Positions 8,913 to 18,473 of a stretch of 64,000 bases of DNA are shown piece after piece; within the stretch, counting starts at the first letter, position 1, and each line of letters begins with the position of its first letter. The notes under the pieces are model-generated. The model saw nothing but the letters and a program-made list of their open reading frames with translations. It had not been told where the DNA came from and searched no databases. The position numbers were made by a program, and so were the translations under genes. Location: positions 62,001 through 126,000 of IMG/VR virus record IMGVR_UViG_3300020186_000013, one strand, 5' to 3'.

Positions 8913-9518
8913 TCACTCGTCGTCGGCATCATCATCCAGATGACGGGCATACTCGACTTCCTCGGTCGCCCATCTCTCTTCCTCTTCCTTGTGGTAGAGT
9001 CGCGACGCGACGTTGTCGCCGAGTAGCTTATCCAAACTCAACCACGTCACCCAGAACACCATTCCGAGCGACCCGGCTACCGGGTACTCGACGGTGACCA
9101 CGCCCAACAAGAACAGCACACACGCGAGTACGGTGCTCTTATAAACTCGGCGTCGGTTGGCCTTGCTCTTGAACTCGACCGACAAAGCCGCCAAGTACGG
9201 CACCTCCAACACCAGCACGATGCCAGTTACAGCTGCCAAGCCGAACTGCCACGGGAACGCATACCCGGTGATCACCAGACACGTCACCACGAACACTGCG
9301 GTGGCGACGTACTGCCAGTACGTCGTCTTTACCTGCGGGGCCAGCGGGTCGATCTTCAGACCGAAGGCTGACGACACCGCGTTGTAGAGCATGGTCGCCG
9401 TCGTTACGGCCATGTACCACAACCCTCCGAAGATCGAGCCGATGAGGCTGGTCGGCTTCGCCTCGTCGTCCTTGACTTCGGTCTTGGTCTTCTTCTTGGA
9501 CGTTGTTGCCGTTGCCAT
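8913..9518 (-). CDS. Multi-pass membrane protein
   Basis: 201 aa with 4-5 hydrophobic segments; SD AGGAG; follows the promoter-like motif. Confidence 0.8.
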   Translation of the reverse strand: MATATTSKKKTKTEVKDDEAKPTSLIGSIFGGLWYMAVTTATMLYNAVSSAFGLKIDPLAPQVKTTYWQYVATAVFVVTCLVITGYAFPWQFGLAAVTGIVLVLEVPYLAALSVEFKSKANRRRVYKSTVLACVLFLLGVVTVEYPVAGSLGMVFWVTWLSLDKLLGDNVASRLYHKEEEERWATEEVEYARHLDDDADDE

Positions 9519-9550
9519 GTGAGACTCCTGAAGAGGGTAAACGAGAAGAG

Positions 9551-9595
9551 GTAAGATACCTCTCAGATAATATGACGCAGATCAGTGTTTAATTT
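9551..9595 (-). promoter_or_regulatory. Promoter-like element, copy 1
   Basis: Minus strand AAATTAAACACTGATCTGCGTCATATTATCTGAGAGGTATCTTAC, closely similar to the copy at 56439-56483. Confidence 0.6.
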
Positions 9596-9641
9596 AGTAG
9601 ACGTGCTCGGGACGTGTCCGGCGTGTCCGGCCATCGAACTT

Positions 9642-9672
9642 AACGAAAAGACCTCCGGGATCACCGGAGGTC
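9642..9672 (-). terminator. Intrinsic terminator ending the structural/glycosyltransferase operon
   Basis: GACCTCCGG-TGATC-CCGGAGGTC followed by TTTTCGTT. Confidence 0.75.
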
Positions 9673-9679
9673 GTGTGGC

Positions 9680-9695
9680 TAGATTCCAGTTTCTA
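9680..9695 (-). repeat. Dispersed 16-bp quasi-palindrome, copy 2 (TAGAAACTGGAATCTA)
   Basis: Begins with the TAG stop codon of 9693..10016. Confidence 0.85.
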
Positions 9696-10016
9696 GAAGG
9701 TCTTCTGGATCGTCCGGGCACCGCCGTCTTGGTACACGATCCTGACCTGCTGGGCGTTCAACATTTCCTTAAGCCGCCGCTTGCTGTCCACGTCCATGTT
9801 GGCCAGACTGGACTTAGCCGAGAGCAGTAGCTGGTTCCGTTCCCGTCCCTTGCCGCCGCACGTGCCACACCCTTGCTTGGGGACACGCAGCTGAGGATTC
9901 TGGAGGGCTGCCAGGAACGGAAAAGCGGCAACGAATTTGGCGTTCGCCGCCATACTTAGAAGCGTGCCGTCTTCGATGACAACTAGCTTGCGTTGTGGTT
10001 GTGGGGTCGGCGTCAT
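9693..10016 (-). CDS. Small CxxC protein, paralogue of 10499..10849
   Basis: GCGTCGG motif; C-terminal RIVYQDGGARTIQKTF. Confidence 0.75.
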   Translation of the reverse strand: MTPTPQPQRKLVVIEDGTLLSMAANAKFVAAFPFLAALQNPQLRVPKQGCGTCGGKGRERNQLLLSAKSSLANMDVDSKRRLKEMLNAQQVRIVYQDGGARTIQKTF

Positions 10017-10039
10017 CGCTATCTCCTTGCAGCTTGATG

Positions 10040-10489
10040 CTACGGGGCCGGTTCACTTAGAGATCCCTGCGGATCTTCAGGGTACGGGCCGATCCAGACT
10101 TCCTCAACCGGCTCCAAATCTTCGAGGCGGTTCAAGGCGTGCACCAAAGTGGTAGCTTCCTCGACGATCAACCTCCATGCCTCATCAGCCAAGGCGGTCG
10201 ACCGGAAATCGAGTTCGACGAACCGCTTCCGGAAGAACGGGTACGCCTTCTGAGGGTCCGGCTCCTCGGACGGGTATTCGGCCATGTCAACCGGGCTGGC
10301 GATCGTGAAGAACGTGTCGAGCACGTCGCCGGTGTACGGGTTAGCCAGGTCCCGGCGGTACACGAAGATCTGGGGCTCGATCCCGTGGGTCAACTCGACC
10401 TCGACCCGCAGCCGAAAGGCACTGAGGTACAGGTAGTCGACGTTGAGGACGGCCAACTTCTTGAGTTTGATCGCACGCTCGACGGGCAT
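10040..10489 (-). CDS. Hypothetical protein (probable virion-associated)
   Basis: 149 aa, SD AGGAGG, lies in the late operon. Confidence 0.75.
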   Translation of the reverse strand: MPVERAIKLKKLAVLNVDYLYLSAFRLRVEVELTHGIEPQIFVYRRDLANPYTGDVLDTFFTIASPVDMAEYPSEEPDPQKAYPFFRKRFVELDFRSTALADEAWRLIVEEATTLVHALNRLEDLEPVEEVWIGPYPEDPQGSLSEPAP

Positions 10490-10498
10490 CCGTGCCTC

Positions 10499-10849
10499 CT
10501 ACATCGTCAGGGTCTGCACACGTCCTGTGTCATCCCTATAGTACAGCAAGATCGGAACCGGGCGGTAGCGACGTTTGGCCGTGATGAACGCCACCAAGCC
10601 CGCCCGCGTGGCCTCGGACGCCGCCGCAACGGCCCCGAGCTTCCACAGGAGTTCGTTCAGTTCGCCCTTACCCTCGCCGCAGCTGCCGCAGCCTGTGCCA
10701 CGCAGGGAGCCGTCCAGAGCCCGCTCGTAGACGCCGGCTCCCTCCACAGCCCACGACTCGATTCCAGGGACCTTGTAGAAGTCCGGGAACTTGAGGGCCT
10801 GGAGCAGGGTCAGACGGTCGAAGACGAAGGTCGTACGCGGCCGTCCCAC
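10499..10849 (-). CDS. Small CxxC protein, paralogue of 9693..10016
   Basis: GCGSCGEG motif; C-terminal LLYYRDDTGRVQTLTM. Confidence 0.7.
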   Translation of the reverse strand: MGRPRTTFVFDRLTLLQALKFPDFYKVPGIESWAVEGAGVYERALDGSLRGTGCGSCGEGKGELNELLWKLGAVAAASEATRAGLVAFITAKRRYRPVPILLYYRDDTGRVQTLTM

Positions 10850-12813
10850 GGGAACTCCTTGTTCTTGGGACCATGGGACACGCCACGAGGCGAGTGCCCG
10901 GAACTGTGCACGAACTTCTTCCCCTCGTTGAAATTCTTGATCTTGAACCCGCCCTGCCGAACCATCTCGCCAATAACTATGTCACCACCGTTGTGCCGCA
11001 GTCGCACATCAGGGATGCCGCACCGGCGGATGGCCTCGGTCGCGACGCACCAGAAGCCGCCAGCCACGAAGTCGACGACCGACCCGTTGGGGGCAGGTTG
11101 GTCGACGTGCTTCAGGCGGAAGTTGACGTGCCTGTACCAGTCGCCGCCCCGGAACCACAGGTCGGGGCGGTGGCCGTCCTTGGCGTAGTGGTTGAAGTCG
11201 TGCTGGAACTTCCACCCATACAGTCGCGAGCCGTGGGGGTGGTTGGCCACGATCGTCTCGGTCAGTTTCTCCAGCCACAGGGGGTCGACCACGAAGCTGT
11301 CGTCATCAAACCAGATGACGTGGCTAGTCTCGATCGGCGTCTGCTGGTCCCAGAACATTTCCCGCATCACCGGGTACTTCAGCTTGTTCACGGGGTTGAC
11401 GTAGACCCGCGTGATCGGCTGGTCCCGGACGTACTGAAGGGTCTCAGGGCAGCACTCGTTGCACGCGACCCGTAGGTCGATGCAGTTGGGCGGCACGTAC
11501 CGAAGGATGGAGTCGATGCACCGCTTGGCCAGTTCGGGATGATTGCCGTAACAGAGGACGCACACGGTGAACTTACCGTTGATGATCGGGTGGGACAGAA
11601 GGTTCGGTCGGTGGGGGGCCTTGGCGAAGATCTCAGGAGGCAACATCTTGTTCTGTATCGGCTGCGTCTTTGCCGCCTCGGCCGGCGGGCGGGTGAACTC
11701 CAAGGTGGACTCGGGCTGGCCGTTGACGTACAGCCCGACCTCGTTGCCATGGTCGTCGACCAATGGGTAGTTCGCCGGGACGATCACGGGCAGGCTGTAC
11801 TTGCCGCTGGGCTTTCCGATTGGTGGTAACACGCCATCCTCGTAGTAGGACATCACGGCCTCAACCACATGGTCGACACTGATCATATCAAGGCACAGCG
11901 GCACGGGCATGCTGCCCTGTGGCCGCACAGGTTCAGAGCACAGACGCTTCTGGGCGTTGCCGGGTAGCAGGTCTTCTTTGTCGATCGGCACGGTCAGCCG
12001 CTTCCAGCACCCCTTGTCCTTGCAGCAGTAGATCATGCCCAGGGTGTGCAGATATTTGTGGGGCACCTTCACGGGCGGGCACGCCGGCCCAAAGGCTGTT
12101 GGGTAGTAGTCGTTGACGTACCCCTCCCACCACGGAGCCTCCCGACCGCCACCGAGGACGACGCACGGCTTGTCGAAGCACGCCGCGATGTGCATGGCGG
12201 CGGTCACCCCGCACACCACCCCGTCGGCGTTGGCGATCAGCGAGAGTAGGTCCCTGACGTTCTCGGTCCGGCCCACGGCGTTGAGGGCTCCGGCCAGCGG
12301 AGGGTGGACGTGGTGTTGGTGGGTCGCCCCGGCCTGGACGAACTGGACGCCCTGATGGGCCAGCGTGTCGATGACCTGCTGGTAGCGGTCAACGTGCCAG
12401 TGTTTGGTGGTGATGTCGAGCTTGCCACCCGACAAAATGACCCAATACCGTCCTTTGACGAGAGGCTGCTTCTCGGTCTCGGCCAAGAACAGCTCGCCTT
12501 TGGGGGCCGTGACGGGTACGCGGATGCCGGTCTTCAGCTCGAAGTCGCGATGGAACCACGCCAGGAAGTGAACCTTCTCCCGGTTGTTCGCTTCCTGGAT
12601 GCCGTCCTTGTAGGACAGCTCGATGACCCGTTGGTTCTTGACCGTGAAGTCCAGGGGCACGACGCGGGAGTTGTTCCACCACACCGGCGTCCAGTGTGTG
12701 TCGACCATGAGCCGGTACTGGTTCGGGTACGCCAGCTGGATGTCCCGCACCAGGGCCGTCACGAGGACGGTGTCACCCAGTGCAAACTTGTGTCTTAGAA
12801 TCAGCGTTTGCAC
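10810..12813 (-). CDS. Bifunctional glycosyltransferase: GT9 (heptosyltransferase-like) + GT2 domain
   Basis: ALGDTV, TKHW...YQQVI, LLSLIANADGVVCGVTAAMHIAACFDKPCVVLGG (GT9). C-terminal VCVLCY...RCIDSI...WFDDD (GT-A). Start re-called to GTG at 12813 with SD GGAG. Confidence 0.8.
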   Translation of the reverse strand: MQTLILRHKFALGDTVLVTALVRDIQLAYPNQYRLMVDTHWTPVWWNNSRVVPLDFTVKNQRVIELSYKDGIQEANNREKVHFLAWFHRDFELKTGIRVPVTAPKGELFLAETEKQPLVKGRYWVILSGGKLDITTKHWHVDRYQQVIDTLAHQGVQFVQAGATHQHHVHPPLAGALNAVGRTENVRDLLSLIANADGVVCGVTAAMHIAACFDKPCVVLGGGREAPWWEGYVNDYYPTAFGPACPPVKVPHKYLHTLGMIYCCKDKGCWKRLTVPIDKEDLLPGNAQKRLCSEPVRPQGSMPVPLCLDMISVDHVVEAVMSYYEDGVLPPIGKPSGKYSLPVIVPANYPLVDDHGNEVGLYVNGQPESTLEFTRPPAEAAKTQPIQNKMLPPEIFAKAPHRPNLLSHPIINGKFTVCVLCYGNHPELAKRCIDSILRYVPPNCIDLRVACNECCPETLQYVRDQPITRVYVNPVNKLKYPVMREMFWDQQTPIETSHVIWFDDDSFVVDPLWLEKLTETIVANHPHGSRLYGWKFQHDFNHYAKDGHRPDLWFRGGDWYRHVNFRLKHVDQPAPNGSVVDFVAGGFWCVATEAIRRCGIPDVRLRHNGGDIVIGEMVRQGGFKIKNFNEGKKFVHSSGHSPRGVSHGPKNKEFPWDGRVRPSSSTV

Positions 12814-14317
12814 GCTTCTCCTCCAGTTTGCGTGCCGTCCGGCCTTCCGCCTGCCCCCAGCGGCGGAAGTGCTCGTACCCGCTGCCCACCTCACCCTTCT
12901 GGACACTGTAGAGCACGTCCAGGTGCTTCGTCAGATAGTAGTCTTCGTCGAACTCCTCCTGCGACACGTACCCGGAGACGGTAGGCACCAGGGCCATCGC
13001 CGACAGGTGGTCGCACGTCACGCCCCAGTCGAGCTTGGCGGCGTCCTTGAGTTGCCCGTAGAAGTGGGTGTCGTAGCACTCCTGCTCGGAGAACACGAAG
13101 TTGCGGACGACGCTGCTCCGCAGCAGGACGCAGCCGAAGCCATTGCCCGCCACCTTGACGACGCCCGTGCCGGGGGTCTTGATGATTACGTCCGGGCGGG
13201 ACACCCAGGCAACGAAGCCCTCGCGGTAGCGGTGGGCGTAGGCCCCGGACACGCTGGCGGTCTTCTCGTCCATGGCGTAGAAGAGCCGCAGCAGGGCGTC
13301 GTCCGGGGGGATGACGTCGTCCTCTAGCACCCAGGCGTAGTCCGTCGTCAGGTTGCGGGCGAACAGGTTGTAAATCTTGGCCATCGCCCGGTTGGTGGCC
13401 CGCAGTACGGCTTGATCCATCCGGTCGGCGTCCGCGAGGCCGGGCTCGCCGACTCGCTGGTTGATGTACCGGTAGTCGGCGTAGTCCGACTTCGCCAGCC
13501 AGCTCTGCACGGCGTAGGAGAACCCGCTGCTGTCGCACGTGCTGGTCGTATCGAGGATGACGAGCTTGACCTGGTCGTGGGGCCACGTCTGCCGTTCGAG
13601 GTACGTGCTCAGTTTGGCCCAGCAGTCGAACCGACCGGACATCGGGATGAACAGTGTCACCTTCTCCAGGGACAACGCGGCCCGGCGGAAGAAAGAGTGG
13701 TCGTTTCGCTTGTTCACGAGGCTACTCCCGTGCTTGCGGTAGCGGTACGCAGCCGCCATCTTCACGGCGTCGTACCCGGCCGCGACGATCCGCCGCCACA
13801 GGAGCCAATCCTCGTGGGCGTGGGGGAGTACGGGTATGGAGTACACATCCGCCACGCTGTACGCGATCTTGCGAACGACCGGGCCGCAGTGGATGCAGTT
13901 CTCCCGAGCCAGGTAGTCCGCCGTGGCCGTGTCGGGGAAGGAGGTCACGTCCGACTGATCGCCGAAGTGGGCGAGGTCGGAGTAGACGATGCCGACCTTG
14001 GGGTCGGCGAAGTACGGCAGGGCGTAGTCGATGTACGCCGGGGACAGTTTGTCGTCGGCGTCGACGCAGACGACGAGGTCGCCCCGAGCCGTCTTGATTC
14101 CCGCCAGCCGCGTCGGCAGGGGGTGGTTGTACCTGACCTTCAGGTAGCGGACGGACGGATACCGCGTGACGACCTTGACGGTCTTGTCCGTGGAGTCGTC
14201 GTCGACGACGATGATCTCGTCGGGCGGGCGTATTTGGTGGAAGATGCTGTCAAGGCATTCCCCCAGGTAGTGACCGTAGTTGTGGCACGGAACTACAACG
14301 CTGACGCGATGGCTCAT
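12773..14317 (-). CDS. GT2 glycosyltransferase with a second GT-A-like domain
   Basis: VSVVVPCHNYGHYLGECLDSI, VVDDDSTD, VDADD, HEDW; a second LEDDV motif; C-terminal FDEDYYL...HF...G..EGR motif. Confidence 0.88.
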   Translation of the reverse strand: MSHRVSVVVPCHNYGHYLGECLDSIFHQIRPPDEIIVVDDDSTDKTVKVVTRYPSVRYLKVRYNHPLPTRLAGIKTARGDLVVCVDADDKLSPAYIDYALPYFADPKVGIVYSDLAHFGDQSDVTSFPDTATADYLARENCIHCGPVVRKIAYSVADVYSIPVLPHAHEDWLLWRRIVAAGYDAVKMAAAYRYRKHGSSLVNKRNDHSFFRRAALSLEKVTLFIPMSGRFDCWAKLSTYLERQTWPHDQVKLVILDTTSTCDSSGFSYAVQSWLAKSDYADYRYINQRVGEPGLADADRMDQAVLRATNRAMAKIYNLFARNLTTDYAWVLEDDVIPPDDALLRLFYAMDEKTASVSGAYAHRYREGFVAWVSRPDVIIKTPGTGVVKVAGNGFGCVLLRSSVVRNFVFSEQECYDTHFYGQLKDAAKLDWGVTCDHLSAMALVPTVSGYVSQEEFDEDYYLTKHLDVLYSVQKGEVGSGYEHFRRWGQAEGRTARKLEEKRANADSKTQVCTG

Positions 14318-14320
14318 GGT

Positions 14321-15235
14321 TCACTTCGCTTTAGGCCCGTCATAGTAGAAGTTGTTCTCCGGCACGTCGAACTGGACGCCGCCGATGCTGTGCTTCTCTC
14401 CGAGGAGCTGACGCTCGATCGCCCCGTAGTCGAACGCCTGCTTACCGCGTTTCCGTATGTGCTCGCAATACAGTAACGCCATCGTGCCGCCGCTGACCAG
14501 GGCGAAGTCGTACTGCCCCTCGAACTTGTCGATCGCGGCGTAGACGGCGGGCAGGCGTGACCACTTGGGCACCTCCCACCGCTTGGGCGTGTCGACGAAG
14601 CCGACGACCGTGTACCCCTTCTCGATGCCGCACCGGCGGTGCCGCTCCTGGAACGCCGGGTCGGCCAGCACCCGAGACACCTTCTCCGACATCCCGCCGA
14701 CGACCAGGACCCGCTTGCCGTCGAAGCACGGGAAGAAGTTGCCGTGCGTGTTCATGCTGTAGCAGGCGTTGACGTCGATCTTCGGCTTGCCGAGGTCGGT
14801 CAGGTTGAACCCCATCCGCTTGAAGATCTGGGCCTGGGCCATCTCGACCGGGACCCACCAGTACATGAGCAGGTAGACCGGCGAGTTGGCCATCGCCTCG
14901 CGGATGTTGTGCCGCAGGATGTAAGAGTCCTCGACCGTCGACCCGGCACACCGTAGGGCATGGACGACCAGGTGGGGGTTCAGGTCGGGCACGTCGAGCA
15001 ACGCCTCGGGGCAAGCGGGGATGATGTCCGAGTCGCCAAGGCTGACGACGGACGCCGGGGCGTCCCCGGTGAAGAGTTCTCGGATCTTGGCGGTGGCCTC
15101 GGTGCCCCGCAGGAAGTTGGCCCGCCACGCGAACAGGTCGCTGTCCGGCGGCGGCGTCCACTGCTGGGCGATCAGGTCGTGCCATGCCTTCGGAATGTTT
15201 TTAACGCACCACTGAAGGTTCTCGTACACGGTCAT
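14321..15235 (-). CDS. GT-D-fold-like glycosyltransferase
   Basis: SVVSLGDSD, GKRVLVVG, DFALVSGG...CEHI...GKQAFDYG. Confidence 0.55.
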   Translation of the reverse strand: MTVYENLQWCVKNIPKAWHDLIAQQWTPPPDSDLFAWRANFLRGTEATAKIRELFTGDAPASVVSLGDSDIIPACPEALLDVPDLNPHLVVHALRCAGSTVEDSYILRHNIREAMANSPVYLLMYWWVPVEMAQAQIFKRMGFNLTDLGKPKIDVNACYSMNTHGNFFPCFDGKRVLVVGGMSEKVSRVLADPAFQERHRRCGIEKGYTVVGFVDTPKRWEVPKWSRLPAVYAAIDKFEGQYDFALVSGGTMALLYCEHIRKRGKQAFDYGAIERQLLGEKHSIGGVQFDVPENNFYYDGPKAK

Positions 15236-16173
15236 CCCCCAATATAACCCGGTCGACTACGCCACGGCTCGACGTGGAAGTCCTCTCGCAGTGGCATGCG
15301 GTGCTTGTCGGCAAGGTTGTGGTACTCGCCGAGACTCGTCACCTCGTGCCAGTACGTGTCGGGGTGCCAGACGGCACGGCCCAGCCCGAGTAGCTCCCAC
15401 ACCATGAAGGTTCCGCCCAGTTTTGTCCAGACCTCCTCGATCAGGGCCTGCTCGGCCGCGATCGTGATCGGCCGTGGGCACAGGTCGGCGATGAGTCCCG
15501 GCTGCGTCCATGCGGCGACGTCGAGCAACATGGCCTCAGTCCGCAGTGGGAAGCCCGTGCTCATGCAGGCGTTGCTGGCGAGCGGGCGACCCGACTCCGC
15601 GAGCAGCCTGGCCCCGTCCTGGAGCCAGTTGGTCCTGTCGATCATGAACCGCTGGGACAGCTTGGCCAAGACCTTGACCTGGGTTGCCTTGGCCCATTGC
15701 AACCCCTTCCACAGGGCCGACAGGTCACCGCCGGAGTGCCCGACACGTTGGACGCTCGGCCACATGACCACGTTCGGGTAGCGGTGCTGGAGCCACTCCA
15801 GGCGGTCGTAGGCCGTGTCGCCCGTGCGGTCCATCATCCCGTCGCTGTTGTCGTCCGCAATGAGTATCGGGGTGTCCGGCCCGCAATGGTGCCGGACCAG
15901 GCGGATCTGAAGTTCGACGGCGGACGGCATGTTGTAGCTGCCGATGACGACCGCGACCGGCACGTCGGCAGCTTTAAGCGAGAGCGGCGGCGGCAACTCG
16001 CCCTCGCCACCCTCGGTACTGAGGAGTCCGAGCAGGTCGGCCTTATACACCTTGAGGGCGTCCAGCAGAGGCTCCGGGACCAGCTCGGCGGGGTAGAACC
16101 TGATGTTCTCCCCGCTTCGCCACACGCGGACGCCGAGTTCGTTGAGGTTCGCAAGTACGTTCTGTGCTGACAT
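15232..16173 (-). CDS. GT-A-like glycosyltransferase with an N-terminal TubC_N-like domain
   Basis: Start re-called to MSAQNVL (TGATG overlap). N-terminal L..LGVRVW..GENIRF.....L..LK..K..LL..L, then VVIGSYN...ILIADDNS. Confidence 0.55.
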   Translation of the reverse strand: MSAQNVLANLNELGVRVWRSGENIRFYPAELVPEPLLDALKVYKADLLGLLSTEGGEGELPPPLSLKAADVPVAVVIGSYNMPSAVELQIRLVRHHCGPDTPILIADDNSDGMMDRTGDTAYDRLEWLQHRYPNVVMWPSVQRVGHSGGDLSALWKGLQWAKATQVKVLAKLSQRFMIDRTNWLQDGARLLAESGRPLASNACMSTGFPLRTEAMLLDVAAWTQPGLIADLCPRPITIAAEQALIEEVWTKLGGTFMVWELLGLGRAVWHPDTYWHEVTSLGEYHNLADKHRMPLREDFHVEPWRSRPGYIGG

Positions 16174-18446
16174 CAGATGGTCCCCACGGTGCCCTTGAGT
16201 GCGAGTGCTCCGCTGCCCGTGCACGGGCAGCCCGGCGGGAACGTAATGTCCAGCTCGAACTTCCAGCGACAGCACTCAACAACGGAGACCTTAAACGTCG
16301 CCGCCGGTACGGGACCGGTCCTGGTCGTCACAACGGAGTCGAAGATCCAGTTACACGGCCCCGGCAGGAACAGGTTCAGTTCGAGATCGAACTTGCAGTC
16401 GTCGTTGCAGATGATTTGGAAGTTGCCCTGCGGCCGGGAGCACGGCCCGGTGACGAGGATGTAGAGCTTAGGCGTAATGTCCGGGCACGGGAAGTCGACG
16501 TTCAAGTCGAGTTCAAACTCATTCTGGACGTACCCGACGGCCCACTGAACACGAGGCTTCAGGTTGCACTCGTACCGCCACGTCGGGTTCCGGAGGATGA
16601 TGTCCGGGATCGGAAAGGCGACCCGCAGCTTGAACGTGAACTCGCAGTCCGTGATCTCGACGTTCCAGCTGACCAGACCGAACCCGCCCGGCGGTTGTAG
16701 GAACCACAGCGGGTAGTTGAGGATGATCGACGGGCACGGAAAGTTGACGTTGAGGAAGAAGTCGAAGATGCAGCCCGGACTGCTGGTGATCGTGAACACC
16801 ACGCTCGGGAACTGCCCGGCGGGAAGCCACCGGACCAGCGGCGGTAGCGTGCGTAATCGAGGGCACGGGAAGTCGATCCGCAGGAAGAAGTCGAACGAGC
16901 AGTTCGCGTTGTTCGTGATGATGAACTGGACGAACGGGGGAAACCCGGACGGCAGGTAGTTGACGACCGGCGGCGGTCCACCGACGAACGGGCACGGGAA
17001 CCCGATCGTCAAGTCGACACGGAACAGCCAGACCGCCGGGTTCGTGACCGTCAGGATGACGATCGGGCCGAAGCCGGGTGGTCGCTGGAACACAATGGGG
17101 ATGCCAGCGACGACGACGGGGCTCGGGAACTGGACCGTGTACGTGAAGTTCCAGGTGCAGTTCGCAGCCGGGGCGATGTTGACGAGGAACAGGCCGGGAC
17201 CGCCGGGGGCCTGACGGCTGACGGCCACACCGGCGAGTTGCAGGGTCGGACACGGGAAGTCGACATCGACCGATACATCGAACGTGCAGTCGTCACGGCC
17301 GTCGATGGTGAGCAGGACGCGAGGGATTCCCCCCGGCGGCAGCACTCGGACCGTGGACGGCAGAACGACGAACGTCGGGCACGGGAATGCGATGTCGACG
17401 TTGAATTCCCACGTACAGTCGGGCAGCGGGATGATGTTCAGGACGAACACCGGCTGCGACCCCGGACCGAGGTATCGCGTGAGTACGGTGCCGGTCCGTA
17501 GCAGCGGACACGGGAACCCGATGTCGATCGTGAAGCCCCACGTACAGTCCGCCGTCGGGACGATCAGGAACGCCAGTGTGGGCGGCGAACCGGGTGGCAG
17601 GTAACCAACTGTCGTTGAGTTGACCTGCAACAGGGGGCAGGGGAAGTCGATCTCGAAATCGAAGTCAAACGAGCAATCGCTGTTCGACGTGAGGGTTAAT
17701 GTGAAGTCCGGCGGCAAGCCGGGGGCCAGGTAGTTGACTTTGCCGTCGCCCTGGCCCGATAGGACCGTGGGACCGGGCCTGCCGTTGAGTAGGATGAGCG
17801 GGCAGGGGAAGTCGATCTCCAGGTCGAAGTCGAACGAACAGTCCGCTCCGACGGTCAGCGTCAAGCGGAACTCAGGCTTGGACCCAGGCCCCTTCTGGAT
17901 CGCCTTGCCGGCCCCGCAGGTGACCGAGCCGCCGTTGGAGGGGCACTGACCGCAGATGCAGATCTGAGGACACGGGAAGTCGATCTCAAAGTCAAAGTCG
18001 AACGAGCAATCGGGGCCAACAGTGAGGATGAAGCGGAAGTTTGGCGTCTGGCCCGGAGGCAGCTGGACCGCCTGTCCCTCGGCGAGACCGTCGAGGACCA
18101 TGGAGCCGCCGGTGCACGGCGGTGCCTGGCCCTTCAATAGCAGGGTCGGGCACGGGAAGTCGATGTCGAGGTTAAAGTCGAAGTTACAGCAATCCAGTGG
18201 GACGATTTGGAACGTGAAGCTGCCGGTCGGTTGGCAGGTCGACACGGTCTTAGTTGCGACGATGTTTGTGGCCGGGATGCCGGGGCACGGCGGCGGCTCG
18301 GGCACCGGCGTCGGGATTTCGGCCGGGCAGTCAGGGATGTCCGGAGGAGGTGCGGGTACACTCGGGTCCGTGAGCATGTGCTCGTTCGGGACCGGGTGAA
18401 TCGGCTCGATTACGCACTTGTGCGTATTGAAGACCGGGTCTGCCAT
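16173..18446 (-). CDS. Cys/Pro-rich repeat protein (probable fibre/spike), ~15 repeats of ~43-55 aa ending C-x-F-D-F-x3-I-D-F-P-C-P
   Basis: Repeats are directly visible in the translation; last gene of the fibre cluster. Confidence 0.75.
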   Translation of the reverse strand: MADPVFNTHKCVIEPIHPVPNEHMLTDPSVPAPPPDIPDCPAEIPTPVPEPPPCPGIPATNIVATKTVSTCQPTGSFTFQIVPLDCCNFDFNLDIDFPCPTLLLKGQAPPCTGGSMVLDGLAEGQAVQLPPGQTPNFRFILTVGPDCSFDFDFEIDFPCPQICICGQCPSNGGSVTCGAGKAIQKGPGSKPEFRLTLTVGADCSFDFDLEIDFPCPLILLNGRPGPTVLSGQGDGKVNYLAPGLPPDFTLTLTSNSDCSFDFDFEIDFPCPLLQVNSTTVGYLPPGSPPTLAFLIVPTADCTWGFTIDIGFPCPLLRTGTVLTRYLGPGSQPVFVLNIIPLPDCTWEFNVDIAFPCPTFVVLPSTVRVLPPGGIPRVLLTIDGRDDCTFDVSVDVDFPCPTLQLAGVAVSRQAPGGPGLFLVNIAPAANCTWNFTYTVQFPSPVVVAGIPIVFQRPPGFGPIVILTVTNPAVWLFRVDLTIGFPCPFVGGPPPVVNYLPSGFPPFVQFIITNNANCSFDFFLRIDFPCPRLRTLPPLVRWLPAGQFPSVVFTITSSPGCIFDFFLNVNFPCPSIILNYPLWFLQPPGGFGLVSWNVEITDCEFTFKLRVAFPIPDIILRNPTWRYECNLKPRVQWAVGYVQNEFELDLNVDFPCPDITPKLYILVTGPCSRPQGNFQIICNDDCKFDLELNLFLPGPCNWIFDSVVTTRTGPVPAATFKVSVVECCRWKFELDITFPPGCPCTGSGALALKGTVGTI

Positions 18447-18473
18447 CCTTGACTCTTTGTTGTCGTCCTGCCA

